Shown piece by piece: positions 37,435 to 45,168 of a stretch of DNA of 64,000 bases (the stretch's first letter is position 1; the number at the start of each line of letters is the position of its first letter). The position numbers were made by a program, and so were the translations under genes. The notes below the pieces were generated by a model that saw nothing but the letters and a program-made list of their open reading frames with translations, was not told where the DNA came from and did no database searches. Source of the DNA: Candidatus Krumholzibacteriia bacterium (lineage in GTDB: Bacteria > Krumholzibacteriota > Krumholzibacteriia > LZORAL124-64-63); contig JAWOID010000082.1 of assembly GCA_046484865.1 (NCBI GenBank), positions 1 to 64,000 of the forward strand. Direction: 5' to 3'.

Positions 37435-39255
37435 CTAGTCCAGCTCGAACTCCTCGCGCCAGTCCTGCTCCTCCACCAGCGGCGGCTGGTCCGACTTCTC
37501 CAGGATGCATTCCTGCAGGACCAGCAGATCCATCTCGGTGCGCATGAAGCAGCGGTACGCGTCGCCCGGCGTGCAGACGATGGGTTCGCCGCGGACGTTG
37601 AAACTGGTGTTCACCAATACGCCGTAGCCGGTCAGTTCCTTGAAGCGGGAGATGAGCGCATGATACGTGGGGTGGTCGTTCCGGTCCACCGTCTGCACCC
37701 TGGCCGAGTAATCGACGTGGGTCACCGCCGGCAGGTCGGACCGCGGCACGTTGAGAAGTTGAATGCCGAAAAGGCCCTCCTGCTCGGGGTCTGGCGCGCA
37801 CCGCCGGTCCGGCCGGACGTTCGCGACCAGCAGCATGTAGGGAGAGGCCTGGTCCAGTTCGAAGTACTCGTTCACGTCCTCCACGAGGCAAGTCGGCGCG
37901 AAGGGACGGAAGGATTCGCGATACTTGATCTTGAGGTTCATCGTGCGCTGCATCTCGGGGTTGCGTGCATCGCCGAGTATGGAGCGCGCGCCCAGGGCCC
38001 TGGGGCCGAACTCCATGCGGCCGTGGAACCAGCCGACCACGCGGCCGGCCGCGAGCGCGGCCGCCGTGGTCTCGATCGCCTCCTCGGGGGGCAGCCGGCG
38101 GTACGGCAGCCGGTTGCTGCGCAGCCAGTCCTCGATCGCGTCGGTGGTCCAGCCAGGACCGAGGTACGAGCCCGCCTGGGTGTCGCGGCCATCGGCGCGG
38201 ACTTGCCGCGGTCCGCCCTCGATCTGATGCCAGGTGAAGAGGGCGGCGCCCAGGGCTCCCCCGGCGTCGCCGGCGGCCGGCTGGATCCAGATGTCATCGA
38301 AGATCCTCGCACGCAGCAGCTTGCCGTTGGCGACGCAGTTCAGGGCCACGCCTCCCGCGAGACACAGGTGTCGATGGCCGGTCTCGCGCCGGACGTGGGC
38401 CGCCGTGCGCAGCACCGCCTCCTCGGTCACGGCCTGGATGCTGGCGGCCAGGTCCATCTCGCGCTGCGTGAGCTCCGATTCCGGCCGGCGCGGCGGTCCG
38501 CCGAACAGGCGGTCCATGGCCTTGGTCGTCATGGTGAGTCCAGAGGCGTAGCCGAAGTACTTCATGTTCATGCGGAAGCTGCCGTCGGGGCGCAGGTCGA
38601 TGAGTTCGTCGAGGATGGTCTGCGCGAACCGCGGCTCGCCGTACGGTGCCAGACCCATGACCTTGTACTCGCCGGAGTTCACCTTGAACCCGGTGTAGTA
38701 GGTGAAGGCCGTGTAGAGCAGCCCGAGCGAGTGCGGGAACCGCATCTCGGCGCGTAGATCGATCCGGTGGCCTTCGCCCACGCCCCAGGACGCCGTGGCC
38801 CACTCGCCCACGCCGTCCATCGTCATGATGGCCGCCTGCGGGAACGGACTCGGGTAGAACGCCGCCGCCGCATGCGATTGATGATGTTCGGGATAGATGA
38901 TGTCGGCGTCGTGACCGAGCTCCCGCTTGATCAGATCGCCCATCCAGAGCTTCTCCTTGAGCCAAAGAGGCATCGCCTTCATGAAGGAGGAGAGCCCACG
39001 CGGGGCGAACGCCAGATATGTCTCCAGGAGTCTTTCGAACTTGATCCACGGCTTGTCGTAGAACGCCACTCGGTCGAGATCCGCCGCCTCGATGCCCGCT
39101 TCCGCCAGGCAGAAATCGATGGCGAGACGCGGGAAACCGTGATCGTGCTTCTTGCGGGTGAAGCGTTCTTCCTGCGCTGCCGCGATGATGCGGCCGTCCT
39201 CGATCAGAGCCGCCGCGGAATCGTGATAGAACGCCGAGATGCCGAGGATGCGCAT
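37435..39255 (-). CDS. O-carbamoyltransferase (NodU/CmcH/SxtI family)
   Basis: MRILGISAFYHDSAAA, QEERFTRKKHD, EHHQSHAA, DGVGE, GGVALNC, EFGPRALG, KYRESFRPFAP and NTSFNVRGEP. Confidence 0.96.
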   Translation of the reverse strand: MRILGISAFYHDSAAALIEDGRIIAAAQEERFTRKKHDHGFPRLAIDFCLAEAGIEAADLDRVAFYDKPWIKFERLLETYLAFAPRGLSSFMKAMPLWLKEKLWMGDLIKRELGHDADIIYPEHHQSHAAAAFYPSPFPQAAIMTMDGVGEWATASWGVGEGHRIDLRAEMRFPHSLGLLYTAFTYYTGFKVNSGEYKVMGLAPYGEPRFAQTILDELIDLRPDGSFRMNMKYFGYASGLTMTTKAMDRLFGGPPRRPESELTQREMDLAASIQAVTEEAVLRTAAHVRRETGHRHLCLAGGVALNCVANGKLLRARIFDDIWIQPAAGDAGGALGAALFTWHQIEGGPRQVRADGRDTQAGSYLGPGWTTDAIEDWLRSNRLPYRRLPPEEAIETTAAALAAGRVVGWFHGRMEFGPRALGARSILGDARNPEMQRTMNLKIKYRESFRPFAPTCLVEDVNEYFELDQASPYMLLVANVRPDRRCAPDPEQEGLFGIQLLNVPRSDLPAVTHVDYSARVQTVDRNDHPTYHALISRFKELTGYGVLVNTSFNVRGEPIVCTPGDAYRCFMRTEMDLLVLQECILEKSDQPPLVEEQDWREEFELD

Positions 39256-39419
39256 ATACGTAGTCTCCGCCGTGGGTTCTGCCTCCCAAGCTCCGACGCT
39301 GTGGTGACAAGATACAGCCACGTGCAAGCACGGCAATCCGGGTTACATTGAGAGCCGGGCGGCCGCCGGTCGTGGCCGCCCCTGACGGATGAGTTCCCGC
39401 AGCCCCCGCGAGAGTTTCC

Positions 39420-39860
39420 GTGGTCGATCGTGTCTCGGACCGCCTGCAGCCCGTCCGGTTCCTCCTGGTGGGAGCTTCGAACTTCCTCGTGGCGTTCGCG
39501 GTCTTCCATCTGCTGCTGCTGGCCATGCCGCCGTTGCCGGTGCGCGCCGCGCTCAGCCAGCTCGTCGCCTACGCTTTGGGCGTGGCGTGGTCGTACCACT
39601 GGAACCGTCGATTCACCTTCCGCAGCCGCGACCCGGCGGGGCCGCAGGCGGCTCGGTTCGTCGCATTCCAGGTGGCCATCGCGCTGGTGAGCGCGGCCGC
39701 GGTGGGGCTGCTGGTCGACGGAATGGGCCTGCCCCCGACGCCGGCCTGGCTCGGGGTGGTCGCGTCGGTGACGGTGGTGAACTACCTCGGATCGCGGTTC
39801 TGGGTCTTCCGCCGCCGCGGTCCCGTCCCTGCGGACACGGGGGCCGGTCGCCGCCGCTGA
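39420..39860 (+). CDS. gtrA: GtrA-family polyprenyl-phosphate-sugar flippase
   Basis: 4 TM; RFLLVG, SYHWNRRFTF and NYLGSRFWVF. Confidence 0.85.
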   Translation: MVDRVSDRLQPVRFLLVGASNFLVAFAVFHLLLLAMPPLPVRAALSQLVAYALGVAWSYHWNRRFTFRSRDPAGPQAARFVAFQVAIALVSAAAVGLLVDGMGLPPTPAWLGVVASVTVVNYLGSRFWVFRRRGPVPADTGAGRRR

Positions 39861-39902
39861 GCGGCGGCGCGGACACGGGGGCCGGTCGCTGAGCGGCGGC
39901 GC
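39831..39902 (+). repeat. Imperfect direct duplication across the gtrA stop codon
   Basis: GCGGACACGGGGGCCGGTCGC at 39831-39851 and 39869-39889, each followed by TGAGCGGCGGCGC (the first copy has a 6-nt insert). Confidence 0.8.
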
Positions 39903-40070
39903 AGGCGCGCAGGGGCGATGCGCCCCGGGGTGCGCTCGCACGGACCGAGGCGCCCGCCGGCGCGCCCGCACTTTGCTTCGCCGCCGCCGTTGGCTATGTT
40001 GTCCCCTCGCTTTTCCCGTTCACGGCCCGCGCCCCGGCGCCCCGGCGCCTCAGAGCGTCTCCGAGGGGGT

Positions 40071-42311
40071 ATGATGGAGGATCCCGCACGCGATCCGGCC
40101 CGCAAGGTTCCCAGTCTCGCCAAGCTCGGCAAGTTCGCGAACAGCAAGAGATTCGAGGATCTGGAGGACGCCTGGCCCGTCGCGGTGGCCTGGCCCGACT
40201 ACGATCCCGAGGAACTGGTGAGGGTGGCGCGGCAGGTCAGCCGGCAGGGCGACACCGAGCGGGCGAACGGCATGCTCGAGGTCCTGCTCGGCCATCTCGA
40301 GGAGACGCGGGGCGCGGCGGCGGCGCTCGCGGCCACGCGGGTGGCGGCCCAGCAGATCCCCGAGAGCGAGACCGTCAGACGCCGCCTGCGCGAACTCTAC
40401 CTGACCGTTTTCTCCGATCTCGCCGATCTCCCTGCCCTGCTGGATCTCCTGCTTGCGGACGATCGCTCCCTGGACGAGGCGGTCGAGCTGGTGGACCGCT
40501 ACCTGCAGCTGTGGCCCGGCGCCTATGCGGCGGACCACGCGTTCCTCGTGCCCGGCCGGGTGGAGGCGCTGCAGCCGGCGAACGGGTTGCTCACCGTCCG
40601 GTTCGACGAGCGCCTGAGCGAATACGGCCCCGAGACGCTGGGCAAGATCAACCCGCTGCCGGAGGATCACTTCCCGGCCCTCGTGATCCACGATCCCGAC
40701 CGGCTGCGGGTACTGGCGGAGGAAGACCCGCTGGCGTTCGTCCTGCTGGCGCTGCGCAGCGACCGGGAGCACCGCCTCGCCTACCGCGACCTCAAGGCGG
40801 CCGTGACGAGGCTCCTGGGCGAGAAGGGCTGGAAGAGCTGGTGGCCCCACGCCCGCGATCTGTTGCGGCGGGCGCCCCGCATCGCGGTGGGGGGCGGCTC
40901 GCAACCGCCGCTGCGGCTGCTGCGGCAGGAGGACCACTGGGTGGACCGGTATCGCCGGGCCTTCGACCGCGCGCAGGACCCCGTGGCGAAGCTGCGGCAG
41001 GTGCGCGACGCTCTCGTCGAGACCCGCGGTGGCGGCACCACGCCCGAGGAGACCGCGCTGCTCACGGATCTGGGGAACGGCGCGGCCAAGATCGCCGTCG
41101 CGGCGCTCGCCGACCGTCCGGCGCTGGCGCTGGGGGCGCTGGCGGTGCACGCGCAGGTGGCCGCGCGGGGCGTGCCGGTGGCACGGCCCAATCCGCGGGC
41201 CGCGGCCCAGGTCCTGGCGCGGCTGGACGACCGGGGGCGACTGCCCCAGGACTTGCCGGAGTGGCTGCTGGTCCCCACGCTGGAGTACCTGCGCACCGCG
41301 CTGCCGGACCAGTGGGCGCAGGTCTGGGCGGATGTCCTGCTGAAGGCGGGCAAGCGCGTGTGCGACGTGGTGGTGCGGGGACTCCTCGAGGACGGCCGGA
41401 CGGCCGAGCTGCAATCGGCGGTGGATCGGGCGCACGAGCACCCGACCGGCAGCCCCGACTTCCTGGGCTGGCTGTGGCGGACGCTGCACGGATCGCCGCT
41501 GAGCAAGCGTCTCACCGAACTGCGGGGCGTGACCACCGAGGCCCTGCTCTTCGACCTGCTCGGGCTGCTGGCCTCGGTGGGCCGGCTGGCGGCGGTCTCC
41601 GGCGACGAGCGGCACCAGAAGGTGATCGAGGGCGCACGTTCGGCGCTGACGGCGCAGGGCGGCGAACCTCTGCGGCGGGCCGTCGAGGACGCCGATCGCG
41701 ACCAGGCAGTGCGCTTCAAGGCGTTGCTGCAGGACAACGCCGGGGTTCCGCCGGCCACCCGGACCTTGCTGCAGGCGCTGCTGCGCACCCGTTACAACGA
41801 CCTCTTCATGGAGATGGCGCGCCCCTGGGACGAGCAGGGCGTGATCTACACGACCGACTCGGGCCTGCGCCGGCGGCAGGAGGAACTCGAGCACATCATG
41901 CGCGAGGAGATCCCCGAGGTGGCGCGGCAGATCGGCGAGGCGGCCAGCTTCGGCGATCTCAGCGAGAATGCCGAGTACACCGCCGCCCTCGAGAAACGCG
42001 ACCAGATCACCAGCCGCGCCAAGCGCATCGAGTCCGAGCTGGCCGAGGCCCGCCGCATCACTCCGGAGATGGCGCAGAGCAGCCACGTCAACATCGGCAC
42101 CCGGGTGCGCGCGCGGAATCTCGTCACGGACGAGGACGAGGTCTACACCTTCCTGGGTCCCTGGGAGGCCGACGCCGACCGGCGCTTCCTCAACTACCGT
42201 GCTCCGCTCGCCCTGGCATTCATGGGCAAGCGCCCCGGCGACGAAGTGGTGTACGGAGACGCCGACGAGCAGATCCGCTGGCGCGTGGAGGCCGTGGAAC
42301 CGGCTCTGTGA
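40071..42311 (+). CDS. greA: GreA transcription elongation factor with an N-terminal extension of about 590 aa
   Basis: C-terminal EAASFGDLSENAEY, VNIGTRV, YTFLGPWE, YRAPLALAFMGK; long helical N-terminal region. Confidence 0.85.
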   Translation: MMEDPARDPARKVPSLAKLGKFANSKRFEDLEDAWPVAVAWPDYDPEELVRVARQVSRQGDTERANGMLEVLLGHLEETRGAAAALAATRVAAQQIPESETVRRRLRELYLTVFSDLADLPALLDLLLADDRSLDEAVELVDRYLQLWPGAYAADHAFLVPGRVEALQPANGLLTVRFDERLSEYGPETLGKINPLPEDHFPALVIHDPDRLRVLAEEDPLAFVLLALRSDREHRLAYRDLKAAVTRLLGEKGWKSWWPHARDLLRRAPRIAVGGGSQPPLRLLRQEDHWVDRYRRAFDRAQDPVAKLRQVRDALVETRGGGTTPEETALLTDLGNGAAKIAVAALADRPALALGALAVHAQVAARGVPVARPNPRAAAQVLARLDDRGRLPQDLPEWLLVPTLEYLRTALPDQWAQVWADVLLKAGKRVCDVVVRGLLEDGRTAELQSAVDRAHEHPTGSPDFLGWLWRTLHGSPLSKRLTELRGVTTEALLFDLLGLLASVGRLAAVSGDERHQKVIEGARSALTAQGGEPLRRAVEDADRDQAVRFKALLQDNAGVPPATRTLLQALLRTRYNDLFMEMARPWDEQGVIYTTDSGLRRRQEELEHIMREEIPEVARQIGEAASFGDLSENAEYTAALEKRDQITSRAKRIESELAEARRITPEMAQSSHVNIGTRVRARNLVTDEDEVYTFLGPWEADADRRFLNYRAPLALAFMGKRPGDEVVYGDADEQIRWRVEAVEPAL

Positions 42312-42377
42312 CGCGGAACCGGACCCTCGAACGCGCCACCCCCCGGCACTGACGGTGCCACCCTCCCTAACGGGCGG

Positions 42378-43181
42378 TCAGCCCCGGCCGCGCGGATGAC
42401 TGGCGTACACGGCGGCCTGGTCCTGCGGCATCAGGATGAGATCCTGCACGACCACGTGCGGCGGCCTCGTGGCGCAGAAGAGCACCGCCTCGGCCACGTC
42501 CCCGGCGCTCAGCGGCGGATACTGAGTGTACACGGCGTCGGCGCGCTCGCGGTCGCCGTGGAAGCGGACCAGGCTGAAGTCGGTCTGCACCATCCCCGGA
42601 TCGACGGCAGTGGCCCGCACCCGCGTCCCCAGCAGATCGATGCGCAGCCCCTGCGTGATCGCGTCGACGGCGAACTTGGTGGCGCAGTAGACGGCCCCGC
42701 CGCCGTACACCTGGTGTCCGCTGATGCTGCCGATGTTGATGATGTGCCCCCGGTCCCGCGCGATCATCCCCGGCAGCACCGCGCGCGAGACCCACAACAG
42801 CCCCTTGACATTGGTATCGATCATCTCGTTCCAGTCGGTCGGATCGCCCTCGTGCACCTTGTCGAGGCTGCGGCTCAGACCGGCGTTGTTGACCAGAACA
42901 TCGATCTCCTGCCATGCCCGCGGCAATCCGGCCAGGGCGGACTCCACCGCCTCCTGGTCGCGCACGTCCAACTGGAGGAGGCGGGTCTCCACCCGACCGC
43001 CTCCGGATGGCCGCATCTCCGCGAGTTCCGCCTCGAGCGCCGTCAGACGGTCGCGTCCCCGTGCCGCCAGCAGCAGCCGGGCGCCCTGTTGCGCGAAGGC
43101 GGCGGCGCAGGCGCGCCCGATGCCCGAACTGGCGCCCGTGATGAAGACGATGCGGTCCTGAAGTGACGTGTTCTCCGGCAT
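42378..43181 (-). CDS. SDR oxidoreductase (YdfG/NADP-dependent 3-hydroxy acid dehydrogenase-like)
   Basis: TGASSGIG, NNAG, YCATK, PGMVQTDFS and TRPPHV. Confidence 0.92.
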   Translation of the reverse strand: MPENTSLQDRIVFITGASSGIGRACAAAFAQQGARLLLAARGRDRLTALEAELAEMRPSGGGRVETRLLQLDVRDQEAVESALAGLPRAWQEIDVLVNNAGLSRSLDKVHEGDPTDWNEMIDTNVKGLLWVSRAVLPGMIARDRGHIINIGSISGHQVYGGGAVYCATKFAVDAITQGLRIDLLGTRVRATAVDPGMVQTDFSLVRFHGDRERADAVYTQYPPLSAGDVAEAVLFCATRPPHVVVQDLILMPQDQAAVYASHPRGRG

Positions 43182-43322
43182 GGCTGTCCCCCGGTGGCTC
43201 GGCTGGCGAGGTCGTCGTCTGATTCCGGGCGAGAGGGTAGCTCGTCCATCCCGGCCTTCCAAGCACCGGACACGATTTCGCCCGCACAACCAGAAAGCTC
43301 CCGATGGTCAATTGCGATAATG

Positions 43323-43351
43323 TTGACTAGATTGATTAAATGTGAGACAAT
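43323..43351 (+). promoter_or_regulatory. sigma70-type promoter in an AT-rich patch
   Basis: TTGACT (43323-43328), a 17-bp spacer, then GACAAT (43346-43351); AGGAGG RBS and ATG 43396 follow. Confidence 0.6.
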
Positions 43352-43395
43352 CCTCGGGATGGGGGACACGCGTCAGCGCTGCAGGAGGTCCGACC

Positions 43396-43938
43396 ATGGA
43401 CACACGCACTCTGCCTGCGCCGAGGGGATTCCAACACCCGGGTGCCATCCGCGAACCGAGGCCGGCCCGGGCGGCGGGGGTGCTCCGCTGCCGTCTGGTG
43501 GGGTTCGCGGCGGTGGCGCTGACAGCCGTCGGGATCGTGACTGCCGCACCCGTCAGACTGGTGGCCGCGACGTTCCCGGACGCCGCGAACCACGCCTCGA
43601 CCGCGAACGACACTGCACAGGCCATCAAGGCGGAATCGTCCTCGCTGGTGCGGGAGATCCGGGCTGTCGCCGACTCCGCGGCAGCGGAGCGACGCATCCT
43701 GACCGCGCGCCTGACCGCCGGCGATGAAGTGGAGCGCGCCGTGGCTGCGGCCGCCCTGGCTCGGCTGGAGCGCCGCGTGCAGGTGCGGATCCTCGAGATC
43801 CAGCGCGACCATGCGCGGCGCGGCGGTCGCGAATCCCTGGCCCTCCGGATGGAGCGCACGCTGGAGAGCTTGCGCCGGAATCCGCCGGCGCCGCGGCTCG
43901 ACGTCGGCGACCGCCGCTACGGCTCCTCGAACCCTTGA
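43396..43938 (+). CDS. Hypothetical exported/anchored helical protein
   Basis: AGGAGG RBS, one hydrophobic segment, then an Ala/Arg/Glu-rich coiled coil. Confidence 0.6.
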   Translation: MDTRTLPAPRGFQHPGAIREPRPARAAGVLRCRLVGFAAVALTAVGIVTAAPVRLVAATFPDAANHASTANDTAQAIKAESSSLVREIRAVADSAAAERRILTARLTAGDEVERAVAAAALARLERRVQVRILEIQRDHARRGGRESLALRMERTLESLRRNPPAPRLDVGDRRYGSSNP

Positions 43939-43961
43939 CGGCCGCGACGTCGGCCTGACGG

Positions 43962-44378
43962 CTAATCGCCGATGATCTTGATCAGCGCTCGCTTGCGACG
44001 GCGGCCGTCGAACTCGCCGTAGAACACCTGCTCCCACGTGCCCAGGTCCAGGTCCCCGCCCGTGATGGCCACCACCACCTCGCGCCCCATGACCTGCCGC
44101 TTCAGGTGCGCGTCGGCGTTGTCCTCGCCCACGTTGTGCCGGTATCGATCCACGGGAGCGTGGGGAGCCAGCTGCTCGAGCCAGACCTCGTAATCGTGGT
44201 GGAGTCCGCTCTCGTCGTCGTTGATGAACACGGATGCCGTGATGTGCATGGCGTTCACCAGGCAGAGTCCCTCCTGCACGCCGCTCTCCCGCACTGCTTC
44301 GCGCACGCGCGACGTGATGTTGATGAACGCCCGCCTCGTGGGCACCTCGAACCACAGTTCCTCCCGATGACTCTTCAC
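43962..44378 (-). CDS. yjbQ: YjbQ/UPF0047 family protein
   Basis: [25 protein letters not shown] and [14 protein letters not shown]. Confidence 0.92.
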   Translation of the reverse strand: MKSHREELWFEVPTRRAFINITSRVREAVRESGVQEGLCLVNAMHITASVFINDDESGLHHDYEVWLEQLAPHAPVDRYRHNVGEDNADAHLKRQVMGREVVVAITGGDLDLGTWEQVFYGEFDGRRRKRALIKIIGD

Positions 44379-44535
44379 GACGGCACCTCCGCGTTCTGGA
44401 CGGCGCCTCGCGCGGAGAGCGCGGTCCGATGAAACAAGATCAAACGAATCCCGTATGGTGAGTCTTCACCCCGATACCGGTGGGGGCGCACCGCAGACAG
44501 TTCTGCGGTTCGGCCGCAGCGGAAGGAGGCGAGTC

Positions 44536-45024
44536 ATGAACAGGCGGAACCTCGGCCAGGGCGCGGTGAGCGGCCTGCTCGGCGGTCTGGGCTTCGGCAT
44601 CATGATCCAGATGATGGGGACGATTCCGGCCATCGGCAAGGCAGCGGGTCTTCCCGGCGTCTTGGGCGGCTGGGCCGTGCACCTGGTCGTCGCGGCGGCG
44701 ATGGGGATGATCTTCGCGCTCTTCCTCCGCCACCGGGTCCACGGCTACCCGTCCGGGATGGTGGCCGGAGCCCTGTACGGCGGTGCCTGGTGGCTGGTGG
44801 GCCCGGTGAGCACGATGACGCTCCTGCTCGGCATGGAACTGGGACCGGGGCTGGGCATGAAGGCCGGGGCCGGCGTGGCCACGGGCGCGCTGCCGGGAAT
44901 GGCCGGACACCTCGTGTACGGCGCCGTGCTCGGGCTGGCCTACGCCCGGCTGTCGGTATGGCGCCTCCAGCGGCGGTCGCCGAGGCGGAGAGCGCGCTTG
45001 TCACGTCTGGGACGCGTGGGTTGA
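44536..45024 (+). CDS. Small 4-TM membrane protein with two intramembrane histidines
   Basis: AAGGAGG RBS; GWAVHL...GALYG..WW...GHLVYGAVLG. Confidence 0.7.
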   Translation: MNRRNLGQGAVSGLLGGLGFGIMIQMMGTIPAIGKAAGLPGVLGGWAVHLVVAAAMGMIFALFLRHRVHGYPSGMVAGALYGGAWWLVGPVSTMTLLLGMELGPGLGMKAGAGVATGALPGMAGHLVYGAVLGLAYARLSVWRLQRRSPRRRARLSRLGRVG

Positions 45025-45168
45025 CGGCAATCAGACGACGGCTCGCCACCCGGCCCGACATCGCGCGACTCGCCACGGCTCGAGCGGGGCGGACGGTCCG
45101 GTGCCATCCGCCCCGCCCCCGCTCTCAGGCGGCGTCAGCGTGCGCCGGCGAGTCCACGACGCCGCGAC

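Noticed and set aside
36774..39255. Saxitoxin biosynthesis (sxtI/J/K homologues)
   Set aside because: No sxtA, sxtG or other core genes; the context is glycosyltransferases and Gtr genes.
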